From the NCBI GenBank assembly GCA_043228905.1, contig JBHGNT010000001.1, forward strand, positions 32,550,001-32,614,000: a stretch of DNA of 64,000 bases. The letters are read 5' to 3'. This DNA comes from Azolla caroliniana. Its lineage: Eukaryota; Plantae; Polypodiophyta. The notes under the pieces were generated by a model that was not told the DNA's origin, made no database searches, and saw only the letters and a program-made list of their open reading frames with translations. A program made the position numbers and the translations under genes. Shown piece after piece: positions 1 to 12,453 of this stretch; position 1 is the first letter of the stretch, and the number at the start of each line of letters is the position of its first letter.

Positions 1-646
1 TCAATAAAAGATGCCACATGGGAACGCGTAAATTCTCTCAGAACTAACTTCCCTAACTTTCCATTGCAAGAGTGCAATGTTTTAAAGAGGGGGAGTATGT
101 TACGGGCATGACCATATAATATCCCGTGGTGAGAATTTACCGTAGTATTCTATACACGTGGATAAGTGTGAGGGTTAAACGAGAGTGTAAAGAAGGGGAG
201 GTTTACTTTTAATCCTCAAGATTGAGACAACCCATTAGGCCAAGTGTGAACTTGCCTGGGGGCCTTGGGTATCGCTATAAATAAGAGGCCTAACTACCCT
301 CATTTCATGATCTTTTGACTACGTTGAGACTCTGTTTCGTGGTGGTTCAACTCTTGTAGCAAGTGCGCTAACACCAGGTACAGCTCGACGCCACGACGGT
401 GGTATGGGATGCCAATCGAGGCTCAAGTCCGTCTCAATCCCTTCGCTCGGGAGTGGTCGGGTGGATCAGCACCCCCCTTCTTTCTCTCTCTCCCTTCTAT
501 CTATCTATCTATCTATCTATCATTCTTTTCTCCTTATCATACGCTTACATTAGATCATATCTCTAATACCTTTTGTTTTCTCTATGTACAATTTTCAAGC
601 AATATACTAAGGTGCACGTTTCTTTTTTTTTAAAAGGGCTTCCACA
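1..646 (+). mobile_element. 3' end of a Ty3/gypsy chromovirus LTR retrotransposon (chromodomain tail, PPT, 3' LTR)
   Basis: Frame 1 (1-111) reads SIKDATWERVNSLRTNFPNFPLQECNVLKRGSMLRA*, matching the ATWE...FP..L end of chromovirus integrase chromodomains. A purine tract AAAGAGGGGGAGTA (84-97) lies directly before TGTTACGGG at 98, the LTR start. A TATAAATA sits near 276. The LTR end at ...TCCACA (646) is a best guess. Confidence 0.75.
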
Positions 647-1949
647 TATTTTGGTGAAGTTAAGAGTGAATTGTGGCTAATGGAGAGATTGTATGGGATC
701 AAACCTGCAAGCTCCAAACCATGAGCTCAAAAGTGGATGCATCCAGAGACACTTGGCTCGTAAATGGTGAAAGGAACTAACACACAACGAGTCACAATAA
801 TTGGTTCCATCAAAGTTGTGGGATGTGTTTTTTCATGATGGGGGAACAACTATATATGTCTAACTAATGGAAACAAATCAATATGTATGCAAACTCTATA
901 TAGTGGGACAAAGTGCTTGGAAGGTGTACTTTTGGTCCGCAAATCCATAGGAATATAACTTTTTAAGGTTAGTACATGTTGGTTTAGTTTTTTTGCTATT
1001 TAGGCGAAAATTTCCATAAAAACATTGGCCATGCGCTTAGGTTCATGGAGTGAGGAAGAAATATATTTGAGTTGACTACATTAGTCATTAATGAGTGGCA
1101 TAGAGGCTTTGGGCACTTGAGTTTTTCCTAAAATTGTGGAAGATGCATGAAGATAAATTGATAGAATTCTTTCTCTAGCCAAACTCTACGACCATGTGTA
1201 ACAATCTCAATAGGATTATTAAATATTTGCAAATAAGCACTTGGAGCTTATGGAGAGAATTGAATTCCACAGAGACACCTACAAAACCCAAACTTATTCA
1301 CGTCATTACATTAGGAAGGGGATGGCATAATGATCCTATATGCAAAAGATCTCCTGAAATAATCTAACTCGTAACATCATATATTCAGGTCAAATATATA
1401 TATGCCAAGGTAATGGAAACTATGGTCTAGTTTTGTTTATATATATATGCCAAGGTATTGAACAAGTGATAAAAATAATTAATTCCAAGATATTGAAGAT
1501 AATTCTCATTTTTAGATGACAAAGATGTGACAAAGATGGATGATGTAAAAGGATGTTGAAGTAGTTTTAGGGAGTGACAGAGAGGCTAGATTATGTTTCA
1601 ATTACTTTTCAAATTTGGGGAGTGGTTTTCTCATTTTTTGGGGAGGATGAGTGGAGACAAACTGTCAAAAGGTATTGTACTAAGATGTATACATTTGATA
1701 GTAGGTTTTATGTATTGCTGGCTATGAGCAAATTGAATGTGGAAAATACAAGATTGTCTTAAGATTAGGGATTGGCAACGGCTCGACTCAAGCCTAAACC
1801 GTTTGGCTTAGCCGGCTTGAAACGGCTTGGCGGCTCGGCTCGGCTCGGTTTAGGCTTGAACTTGCCTTAACGGTTTGAGCTCAGCTCAGCTTGGCTTGAG
1901 CCTCGCCAAACCGGCTCAAGCCGGCTAAACCGTTTAATCCGTTTATAAA

Positions 1950-2068
1950 CTTTAGAGAGAGGGGGAGAGAGACAACAGACAAGGGGAAAGAGAGAGAGAG
2001 AGTGAGAGTGAGGGAGGGAGAACTACACAAACGTGGAGAGAGAAAGAGAGGAAGGGAGACAACATATA

Positions 2069-2102
<34 letters not shown>

Positions 2103-2105
2103 ATA

Positions 2106-2141
<36 letters not shown>

Positions 2142-2172
2142 ACATAGAGGGGAGAGAGAGAGAGAGAACATA

Positions 2173-2210
<38 letters not shown>

Positions 2211-2360
2211 ACATAGAGGGGAGAGAGAGAGAGACTACACAGAGGGGAGAGAGAGAGAGACTACACAGAGGGGAGAGAGAGAGAGAGACTACACAAAGGG
2301 GGGAGAGAGAGAGAGGGAGGGAGAGAGTCGAGACCACAGACGTGAGAGAGAGAGGGAGGG
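1950..2360 (+). repeat. (GA)n-based minisatellite inside the hAT element
   Basis: GA tracts are punctuated by recurring ACATAAGG, ACTACATAGAGGGG and ACTACACAGAGGGG spacers. Confidence 0.85.
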
Positions 2361-2491
2361 AGGGAGGTTTCTAAACCGATTTCCAAACCGGTGTCGTAGT
2401 GTATTTCGTACACTACGTGAAAAAGTAAAAAATAATATAACCGATTTAATTACATATAAATAAATAAAATAATATATCAAGATATTTATCA

Positions 2492-2560
2492 CGTGCATAG
2501 GGCAGGATTTGAACCTTGTACCTCCACGTAGCCAAACCTCAACTTTACCATTATGCTACC
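2492..2560 (-). other. tRNA-derived (SINE-head-like) segment with Pol III A and B boxes
   Basis: The minus strand reads GGTAGCATAATGG (A-box-like)...GGTTCAAATCC (B box)TGCCC. No complete cloverleaf or acceptor stem is visible, so it is not called as a tRNA gene. Confidence 0.5.
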
Positions 2561-4167
2561 TTATATTTAGTGTTCTATAAATAGATTTAATAACTATAAG
2601 TGCTTTATTTGCGCCTACCTTTATTAAAAGGTAAATCATGTATTTTTAGAGTGCGTGAATATTTTATAGAAAAACGCAAGCGACTAAAAAGTGACTCATG
2701 CACATCTAGCGTGCATGAGCACTATATTTAGCAAATAAAAGCAAGGATTAGAAAAGCATCACATGCACATTTAGTGTGCATGAACATATTAGAAAAAAAA
2801 GCATGTAGCTATGCTTAGTCTCTCCCATCACTACATAAGGATGGGGAGCACAATGTAATAGGTGTGTGAAAAATATTTGGAAACTAGATATGTTTCTAAA
2901 AAACACCAATTAATAAACTATACTCGTGGGATTCACGAGAATTCTATATCATTCTCTTTCAACCGAAGTTTATATTCTTATATTCATATTGATTAATCTA
3001 ATACAATACACTCGTGGGATTCACGAGTTTGCTATAACTCTTTCTTACAACATATTTATATTCTTATTAGCCTTAAAACTCTCTTCTTCCTAGTCCAAAA
3101 CCCCAGTGGTTCCCACCCGACTCACGCAAACGATCCGGAGCCGAAAGGCACGACACCGGTTTACAAGCAGTTTACCAAACCGGTTTAGCCTAAACCGGTT
3201 TGTGAACCGGCTCGGCTCGGTTCAGCTCAAGTTTGAGATCCCGTAAACGGTTTAGGCTTAGCCGGTTTGGCTTGGATCAGGCCAAACCGGCTAAGCCTAA
3301 ACCGAACCGTTGCCGATCCCTACTTAAGATGCAACTACTTTGTGTACGCTGAAAGTGGAATTAGAAGAGTGGTTTGGCTTTGCTTGGGGAAGCCATCCTT
3401 ATGGGAAAATCTTTTTGCTTTGTGTTTGTGACAAAGATGGATGATGTTAAAGGATGTTGAAGCAGTTCTAGGGAGTGACAGGGAGGCTAGATTATGTTTC
3501 AATTACTTTTCAAATTTGGGGAGTGGTTTTCTCATTTTTCTGGGGAGGATGAGTGGAGACAAATTGTCAAAAGGTATTGTACTAGGATGTATACATTTGG
3601 TAGCAAGCCTTACGTATTGCTATCTATGAGTAGGTTGAATGTGGAAAATAGAAGACTGTCTCAAGTTGCAGCTACTTCGTGTACATTGAAAGTGGAAATT
3701 AGAAGAGTGGTTTGGCTTTGCTTGGGGTAGCCATCCTTATGGGAAAATCTTTTTACTGTGGGGTGGAGATGGATGATGTTAAAGGATGTTGAAGCAATTC
3801 TAGGGAGTGACAAGGAGATAGATTATGTTTCATTTACTTTTCAAATTTGGGGAGTGGTTTTCTCATTTTTTTGGGGAGGATGAGTGGAGACAATTGGTAG
3901 CACGTTGTAGGTGTAGCTAACTATGAACAGGTTGAAGAAGGTCGATGTTTCACGATGCAACTTCTTTGTGTGGAGACAAAGTAATGGAAGACGCTAGAAG
4001 GCTGCCATATGACCGTCATCTTGTGTGATTTACCTATGAGGAAAGAGGAACTTCCGACTCGGGTTATGGCTTCCAAAAATGCACTAATTTCAAGATATTA
4101 CTAGTATAGATTTTGACCATGCATCATTGAATCTTGTTGAACAAATGCGATGTTTTTACTTTTGTTC

Positions 4168-4850
4168 GATGTAATCACCTTTGTAAGTGTGCTAAAGGCA
4201 GGTGGCACTGTAGGAGTGGTTAACAGACATAGAAACTCGCAATGGAATCATGAGTAAAAGGCTGTTAGAAGACAATATTGAGCTTGGAAATGCTTTGTTG
4301 GACATATGTTATATCTGGCAAGCTTGAAAACGAAAAAATAAAAAATAAAAACAGTCAATGATATTCAGTTTGAGATGTGGTCTCTTGTATGTACGCTAGG
4401 TGTTGATCTCTATTAGATACACATGATGTATTTCATATTCTTGCAAACAGAGATGTTCTCTTGTGGAATGCATCTATTACATGATAGATGGACCATGGCT
4501 CAAGAGAAATTTTTTTGGTTTATTTGGTGAGGCACAAGAAATATTTTCAACTTTGATTTCGAGATACAAGGATGTGGGATGCAATGATTTTGGCCTTGAG
4601 AAGTTTGCCAAGGTGGTTGTGAAAGAGTGATTGACATGCATAGAAAATCACATTGAAATTATGAGTAAGAGGCTGTTAGAAGACAATATTGAGCTTGGGA
4701 ATGCTTTGTTGGACATGTATGCTATATGTGGCAATCTTGAAAAAACACAAAAAACAGTCGATGATATTTCAGTTTGAGATGTAATTGATATTCTTGCAAA
4801 TAAACATGTTCTCTTGTGAAATCATCTATTACAAGATATGTTGAGCATGG
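4168..4850 (+). pseudogene. Degraded PLS-class PPR fragments (internally duplicated)
   Basis: Translates as DVITFVSVLKAGGTVG... and IMSKRLLEDNIELGNALLDMYAICGNLEK..., with the SKRLLEDNIELGNALLD block present twice (~4250 and ~4660). Stops and frameshifts are frequent. Confidence 0.8.
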
Positions 4851-6736
4851 CTCAACGGAGATTGGTAGTGTAAATGCGGAGCAATAATTGAATTGTTGGA
4901 GGAAAGAAATGGGTGAACCTCAAGATATTCGTGAAAGTAATGCTAATAGGAAGGATCAAGGTTTTCATTTCCAACAAGGAGTGGATGTGGCTGAACGACG
5001 TAATTTGAAGAATGTTCTGCATGTTATGGGTCTCCGAAGTTGTGTGAGCATACAAGTGGTTCATTGTCTTCATGCATACGGGGTAGTTTCAAGAGAATGG
5101 AGGGAATGTAGAACCAGGTTGGAAGCTTGTTTACTCAGGAGATACAAGCCGTTGTGAAGCAATGGTTGAAGCTTCGATTGGACCTATGGTTTTAATACAT
5201 GACGCAACTTTTGATGATAGCATACATGGTGGAGCGATCATGAATAATCATAGTACGACAAAAGAAGCACTACAAGTTGCAAAATCTTCTAGACTATATC
5301 CAGTCATTCCCGCACATTTCAGTCAATGTAACCCAAAAAAATCTATTTTCAGTGACAACTATACAAGCCATGCTTGCATTGCATTCGATATGATGCGTGT
5401 AAACTTGGTGGATTTGCCGTTAGTACCAAGGTTAATATACTTTTCAAATATGAAATGTTATTTGATGATGATATAGACATGGTAGCTTGAAATAAAAGCA
5501 ACCTGGGATTGAAGAGCATAGAAGGATATTAAAACCTGGGTAGTCATACCTCCATGGCTAGTCGTTGGGATAATCCTTTTTCCTCTTTTTTTTCATCTCT
5601 TTTGTAGTTTGTACTTGATAGGTTTTTTTTTAAACTAATGGAAGGATATTTTGTTTTGGAAAAAAAAGAAAAAGATATTGAAGATAATTCTAAGAGATAC
5701 ACACATGTTCGATACATGGTGTGATCATGTATGATGGCGTGTCATGTTCTAGAAAGATACACAACACATGTTATAATCTCACTCATTGGATTGGCACAAT
5801 TTGGTAAATGTTGATCCCTAGGGTTAAATATTATATTTCAAGATCCCCCTGTTTTATCAAACCATTCCAATTCATCGTCAGTCGTCAACCCTCCATTGAC
5901 TATCATATGCTATGTCCAACAACCACCAAATCTTTAAATCTCAAAACATCATTACACTATTGATATTTGTCCATTTTCTTGTATGGTTGGTATACTTACA
6001 TGTGTAGTTCTTGCAAATTACCTTAGTTTTCACTTAGGTTCATGATAATGTTTCAACGTGTCATGTCTTGTTTCACTTAATTTTTGTAAGTAGTTAAAAC
6101 TATCAGGACATCTGAAATGGTGTTTCCAGTCTGTCACTGGCTCTACCAACCCTAGCCAACAAATCACCCATATTGCTTTCGGTGATATAAATGTCTAGTT
6201 GCGTTTAGAAGCTTGCTAGTTGTGTCTTGATGCTTGTTGGGAAATAGCAGGTTTAGTGTGGCAGTCGTTTGCTATTATGTGGACAGTGATTGCCCCACCT
6301 TTTTTTATCTAATGTGTCACGCAACAATAGCCCAATATATATGAAAGCGACTTGTAAATAGTAGAGTATTTGTAGATACTTAGAGTGTGATAGCTTGATT
6401 TGTATATGCGATTCACCTAACTAATGGGAAGTTGTTGTTTTTTGGAGAAAAAACTGCTAGAGAATTATGCCCACTTCATTTATATTCCCCTCTCTCACAA
6501 AACCCTCAAACAAGAATAACATAAACCCGAACTTTCAAGTCCCTTGTATATATGCTAGATTGTGAATTTGTACCCCTCTGCCTCATGCATACAAAACTTG
6601 TATGTATGTAAATTAACAAATAAAGACATACACAAATTTGAAGAACCATAATGGTACGACTCACGAGAAAATGATTGATCTAGGACAATATGATTTTATT
6701 TAATCTTTCACATTATTATACAACGCATGCTCTAAG

Positions 6737-6786
6737 CTATGATTTTATAATACCAGGGCGCGTATCTTTTTGTCAAAAAAAAAACA
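6737..6786 (+). mobile_element. Very short 5'-truncated retroposon copy (tail family A)
   Basis: TATGATTTTATAATACCAGGGCGCGTATCTTTTTGTC-poly(A) matches the tails at 14180-14221 and 12307-12365 (minus). It is flanked by CATGCTCTAAG at 6726-6736 and 6787-6797, extendable to AAC(G/A)CATGCTCTAAG. Confidence 0.75.
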
Positions 6787-7601
6787 CATGCTCTAAGTTA
6801 CCTACCAAGGTCCAATAGGTTATAACCCATTTGCAATTTGTCTAATTTTACACTTTGGTTAACATCCTAAATCATTTTCCTCGTTCTTAAACTATTTTAG
6901 GGGCTTTTTCATGTATGAGTTCTTTCTAGCCGTTAGGCATCTTTTCATTAATACCAAGGTGAATCTTATAAATAAATAAATAAATACCTATTTAAGGGGC
7001 TTTAGCACAGATTATATGAAATTGCCGATGTAGACGTATAAGCCATGTATATATTAGGGAATATCTTGATGAATATTAGGCTTTCATATTGAAGAATCAA
7101 ATAAAGGAAACACAATTATAAATAGTGTTCTAGAATCTACAATAGTGAATGGAAAGGTTGTACTTCAAATGGAGATTCCCCCAAAACTAGAATGTTAATG
7201 TTAAAAAACAATGCTCTTATATCTAAACCAATTTGAGAGATCGATTTTATTGTTGGCAAATGGGACCATAATGATGCAAATATTGAGTTACCGATGTATA
7301 GGTTCAAAGATTCCTTTTATCAATAACTACTATGAGTCGTCGTTTGAAATATGTGAGAGGTAATCCTTAACTATAAGAATCTACTCAAGTTTGCTAGATA
7401 TTATTTCAATACTTGCCTCGCAAGGGTGGTCAAGACTCAACTTTAAAAGATTGTTCTTTTATTAAGCAACTTGGAGTACAAAACGGAAGAAATAGTTGCC
7501 CACACCACATAAAAATCATTATTAAGAGAGGGCAACAATATCATTACATAGTACATGTAATATTATGTTGTGTATGTGGTGTATATGTGTATATAATGTA
7601 G

Positions 7602-8033
7602 CTAAAGAGTTGAGCAATCGGTGGTGCTGGTGATACGAGGGATGGAGGTTGTGTTTAAGCCGCAACGTTCAGGGAGTTTTGTGTCAACATCATCTGATAT
7701 GCCTTCAATTTTTTGCACCATCTGGATGCATACACATATCGCAACACGTTGCTCCACAGGTAAGTTTTCGTTCCCAAGTATTTGGTCAAGTGCTATAATA
7801 TCTTGACAACATTCTGTTGATGGTTGTGAGGTGAGGTTTGTTGTGACATAGGGCTCACACGGTGAGAAAGCGTCATTGAACAAGCTACAGTTAAATTCTT
7901 GCATTGTTGTGGTGTCCTGGCCCTCCACCATCGGCCATGTTACGAGGACTATATTTGATGTGAATAGTAACGTTGCCACCCATATGATGACATCAGCTTG
8001 GAAAATATTGTTACTTTGATGATCTGATCTCAT
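7602..8033 (-). CDS. Non-specific lipid transfer protein (8-cysteine motif, secreted)
   Basis: Single-exon ORF with a hydrophobic signal-like segment (VIIWVATLLFTSNIVLVTWPMVEG) followed by the C..C..CC..CxC..C..C pattern (FNCSLF..SPCEPY..PSTECCQDI..ICVCIQ..LPERCG..TDCSTL). The start may be the upstream ATG at 8075. Confidence 0.88.
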   Translation of the reverse strand: MRSDHQSNNIFQADVIIWVATLLFTSNIVLVTWPMVEGQDTTTMQEFNCSLFNDAFSPCEPYVTTNLTSQPSTECCQDIIALDQILGNENLPVEQRVAICVCIQMVQKIEGISDDVDTKLPERCGLNTTSIPRITSTTDCSTL

Positions 8034-9575
8034 TATATAAAAAAACTCTCCTTTGTCTCCTACATACCAATTCATTTACCCTTAGAAATGCCCAATGTTT
8101 TTTAGCTTTTACATAATAATAAAATTAACTCACTTGATGACATCAAAACTCATATTGGGGTCCAAAGGGAATTTTGGGCTTTGAAACAAGAATCAAAATC
8201 TTCAAAGTTTGTAAAATGAAATAGAAAGAAATTGAAGTGAAAATTTATGGCCATATAATCTTCAATTTTCAAACTAAACCTACCAATATGTAAATGTTTC
8301 AAAATTGCAACCTAGGTTGGTCTTCAAATAATTTATCATCAAAACCTTTAAGTAAATGGTAGGAGTGCAACCTTAAAGGGCATCTGGAATTCAAGAGAAG
8401 CCTAAACTTTTCAATAAAAAGTAGCAAAGTTTTAAGAAATTGAAACCCATTCAAGTGCTCGGAGAAGATTGGGGTTTCAAATCATGCAACCGAAAGGTCT
8501 TTGGAACACAAAATCAAACTTACTCAAAGAGAAATGGGTGCTCCTATTTTGGAAATGTTTTACAAAATTGTGTGAAAAGCTTACCTTTGCCTTTTAAGTG
8601 TTGCTAGTTATTGATATAAAATCCTTTCGATCTGAATATACTCCTATACTTCAACTTATACACACTACAAACACACACACACACACACATATATATATAT
8701 GTCATCGACATATCTTTGTCGACAATGTCCCGATTATTATACTATTTCATATGCATTAATTTGTCTTCTATAAACCGAGGGATGAACTCCATCACTACTA
8801 TTGGCTACACTTATTTCGACTACCAACTATTGATGTTGTTGGTTGTAATCCATTTCATGTTTTCACAATGTCACTTTTTCATGTATTTCAAATGATACAT
8901 TTTCTTACTCTAACTTTAAGCTTTGTGCATGGTATGTACTCAAGGACATTTTTCCTAATCATGGGCCTTAACATCTATTAAGTACTCTTCATCATTTCTA
9001 TACATATTTTTTGTATTCCTATCAAAATTGGGATCTTGTGAGTTAACCACTCCATATTATATCCTTAGTCTTGCATATGTCAATCACTCAAACTTTAACT
9101 TTTTATAAAAGCATTGCCCTTTATATCTTGTAACCAACCATACCTCATCACATTTGTGTAGGACATTTCGGTTAAGCGAATATTTCGGATCTAACGCATG
9201 CTTTTTACGTATGAAAGAATCTCTTCGATTGCTTGCTCAAATATTGCTACATGAAGCATGTTTATGTCTATTATTAAAAAGGGCATTGAAATGTTTCATG
9301 CACACATGTGCTCCAATCATAGTTATTAGTCCACATTCATTCCTAAGGGTGTAATAGGAATTGTCTTTTATAGCCAAGTTTTATCTTTGTGTACGCCCAA
9401 AGCAAGATGAATTTGATGGATTTGGTCTTACGCTACCAATGTTCTGAAAACATGTAATATTTACTTTGGAGAAAACACACTAGTAGTATGAAAACTTCAA
9501 TAACATGTTTTAGGTGATCCTTAGATGCGTGAAATGTATATTCACATTGTCATATCAACATCGCTTGTGTGTTAG

Positions 9576-11030
9576 TTCCAAAAGAAGAATATACTCCATT
9601 AGTTAAAATGACATACAATACACAACTTTAGACATTACCTACTTCCATATGGACTACATCACTTATTTATCTTACACTAATTAGCCCACATGTTTGTTCT
9701 CTATGTTTGTCGTTTCATTCACGCCCCTCTATCATCTAATGGGAGGGGGGAACAACCATCTCGGTACTACGTACTGCCATTCTATATCCACTCCAATTTC
9801 TGTAGCCATCGGTGTAATACACCATTGTTTTCTGAATTTCAGCCTCATTAAATTTGAAGCATCATCTGTTCCATCAATCCGCTCATATTGGACCCTCAAT
9901 GTAGTTATTAGCATGTGCCATATTAGCTTAATAGATTATGCTGGAGGCCGTTTGTTTGCTGAAAATACCTTGGTACATCTTGCGGTCCAAATGTTCCATA
10001 TGATAATGGGTGCTAACAACATCCATAGATCTACAATTTTCTGCTTCTGGACATTACTTCTAGGTGCACTGTTACCAGCAATCACTCGAATAGTTCCATT
10101 CTCCCCTCTGTACGTAGTTGTACATGTGCTATCAAATTTCTCTACGCCATCATCAAAACAATTCCAACAAGCATGTCCCCAATTGAGGGCAAATGATCTA
10201 GAGGCATGGCAAAGCAATTGTAATGCCCTTCTCCATACTACCGTAGCCTCATGACATTCCCAAAGACAATGGGAAATGCTTTCTAGTTGTCCACATGCAC
10301 TACATCTTGGGTCTACATTGGGGCCTTTAGCCCACGCCCCTACTGGCAAGGCTCTATGCACAATAAGCCATAAGCACATCATTATCTTGCGGTCACCGCT
10401 GTCATGCCATATCATTTTCCAGAATTTAGCTAATCTCCTTTCACTAATGCCCTCTTGTATCCAAAATTTATGAGCTACAATATCTTGGTGTTCTTGTTTT
10501 AGGATAATTTGCCTCCCGGATTTTGTGTTGTACCTGAAAAATTGCACCAACTTGGCACCATCACTTTGACCTTAAGTTTTCCAGAAATACATCGCGGGGT
10601 CCCATGATAGCTTATTTGAATGCCCTTCTATCGGTCAACACGTTGTCGTTGTTTGAGCTCACTCAGTTTGGGGTCAACTATCATAGCCTTTCCATTTTTT
10701 GCAAGCAACCTAATCGGCCTTTCAGTTTGATAGGCTGGTTGCTCGCATATTACCCTTCTATGCTCTATTTTGTAGTAGCATGCCTCATTAGAGCCGACTT
10801 TCATTCCCTTAATTCCGATTATATAATTTTCAGCATCGATAAGTCCTGTCCATTCCATTTCAGAGGGGCTTATGGCTGCATCTTCCAAGATTTGCCCGCT
10901 GCGTGCAAAGGCATCTGTAATCCTCATTAGCATGCATTTACCCCTGTTTATCCTCCATATTCTAGCCTTTTGAGTGCCCACATCATTACATAGAAATCTC
11001 TTCCAATCTGCCAATGTATACCACGCATGT
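9576..11030 (-). mobile_element. 5'-truncated, decayed L1 LINE (ORF2 C-terminal zf-RVT region and 3' UTR)
   Basis: ORF 9936-10550 carries the zf-RVT signature KFWKMIW...KIMMCLWLIVHRALPVG...CSACGQLESISHCLWEC...IIWNIWTARC. It continues through stops into 9732-9914 and upstream into 10628-11014. No TSD was found. Confidence 0.88.
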
Positions 11031-12306
11031 TTGAAACAAGGATAATGAAATACTATGAATTAAATTTGAATTTCTTCTAACATAGTATACATAGACTTTG
11101 AACTGGATGATTCAACACTCTAGTGATCATCGTAAATAACATGCACACACTCTTGGACAAAAGTTAAATCAAAGCTCTTCGCTTCTAAGTGGTCAACTTA
11201 GCATTGAACTATGCATAAACAATTAGGCGGTGTGGTTAAGATCAAGAACTCAAGAATTGCAATGTCCTAGATAAGTATTTGAGGTGAATAATATACATGT
11301 ATTTTCCTTACCACCAAGTGATGCATAAAATAGTTCAATGAGATATTACCAAGCATGTATACATACGTATCCATATACATATGCACATTTAGAGAAGTGA
11401 AGTCAAGAATAGTTGTCACAATCCATACTGACAAGGTTGACATTAAAGGGAATGGGAAGACAAGCTCATAGAAGGTTCAAGAAATTGCAAGAGACAAAAA
11501 TTATTAAAAAAAACTAAAAATATCACTAGACAACTACGCCACAATAAAACGATATATGTTCAACGAGATGAACGGTTTGATCACCACCATAATTCCAGCT
11601 TCACGCCGTATCAATATATGCCGATGTGACCATGATATGTTTTCTTTTACTACCTGGAAAAACTATGATAGCAATAATTTTCTAAATTTCCAAGTTATTC
11701 TCATATCCTCCTTTTTAGGTAGAGATATTCACAACCTTTTTATGAGGGCATTTGTAATTCAATTAATAATCACGTAAGTGTTGAAATTAGTATACTACGT
11801 TTCCGATGTTGATGATTTCGATGAGTTGGTTGTTATGACAACGACAAGAAAGTGATTTTGTAGTTCACTAAAACTAATGTTTTTCACATATTGTCATACT
11901 AGATTGTAACAAATAGATTCTAATGGGGATATATATATGAAATAGGTCATAGGTATTATTGAGGAATTGTGACAAGTGTAAAGGATTAAGGTCAACAAGT
12001 AAATTTACAATGTTAAAAACTTTTCTATTGATATACTACTAGCATAAGCCTTTGCATTAGCATGAGGTCAAGCTTGACCCATACAATATGATGTGCTATT
12101 TAAAATATGTGCGTCTTCTGTGTACACGACATCAAAGTGCCTCTATGGATCGACAAAGTTCTACGTCCATATTGGTATTCTTTCCAAAAGGATTTGGACC
12201 TATCTTTACCCTCTTAGTAGCGAGCCGAGTGAGAGTAGTTGTCAATCACTCTCTAGCCTCTAGTCTCACAACTCTCGTATAAATAACACTCACACATGCT
12301 CTCTCT

Positions 12307-12453
12307 CTTTTTCTTTTTTCTTTTTTTTTCCTAAAAAGATACGCCTTGGTATTACGAAAACATAAGAAATACAAAAGTTGTGTTGGATAAACAAATATAC
12401 AAACTGATTCCCTTGTACTCTCATCATAGCCGATTTAATGTGTATATACAAAT
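12307..12453 (-). mobile_element. Short retroposon copy (tail family A) with poly(A) and 15-bp TSD
   Basis: The reverse complement aligns to 14098-14221. A T-rich tract lies at 12307-12329, and the TSD ACACATGCTCTCTCT is at 12292-12306 and 12454-12468. Confidence 0.85.

Larger units (their letters stand above)
1766..3322. mobile_element. Non-autonomous hAT-superfamily DNA transposon
   Basis: TIRs are TAGGGATTGGCAACGG (1766) and CCGTTGCCGATCCCTA (ending 3322). An 8-bp TSD CTTAAGAT lies at 1758-1765 and 3323-3330. Dense AACCG/CGGTT/GGCTC subterminal repeats occur at both ends. There is no transposase ORF. The paralogous repeat copy shows the empty site (single CTCAAGTT at 3660-3667). Confidence 0.93.
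1527..3897 (+). repeat. Degenerate tandem repeat of a ~340-bp unit (about 2.4 copies; first copy split by the hAT element)
   Basis: The unit beginning (GTGACAA)AGATGGATGATG...AGGATGTTGAAG...GGGAGTGACA...TTGGGGAGTGGTTTTCTCATTTT recurs at 1527-1765 plus 3323-3427, at 3428-3760, and partially at 3767-3897. Confidence 0.85.
1507..5671 (+). mobile_element. Chimeric retroposon: PPR-derived sequence plus LINE-like 3' tail, flanked by a 20-bp TSD (contains a later hAT insertion)
   Basis: A perfect direct repeat AAGATATTGAAGATAATTCT lies at 1487-1506 and 5672-5691, and the second copy is preceded by the A-rich tail GGAAAAAAAAGAA. The 3' terminus AACTAATGGAAGGATATTTTGTTTTGG-An resembles the terminus of the L1 near 9580 (AACTAATGGAGTATATTCTTCTTTTGGAA, minus strand). 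Degraded PPR motifs lie inside at 4168-4850. Confidence 0.6.

Noticed and set aside
2040-2310. Repeat-spacer-like array resembling CRISPR
   Set aside because: The spacers are near-identical to each other, the repeats are simple (GA)n, the context is eukaryotic, and there are no cas genes.
1881-2498. SL-repeat ORFs on the minus strand
   Set aside because: These are translations of the GA minisatellite inside the hAT element.
2492-2560. tRNA gene
   Set aside because: A and B boxes are present but there is no acceptor or anticodon stem pairing, so it is treated as a tRNA-derived relic.
9694-10254. 186-aa plus-strand ORF
   Set aside because: It is the antisense shadow of the L1 ORF2 remnant.
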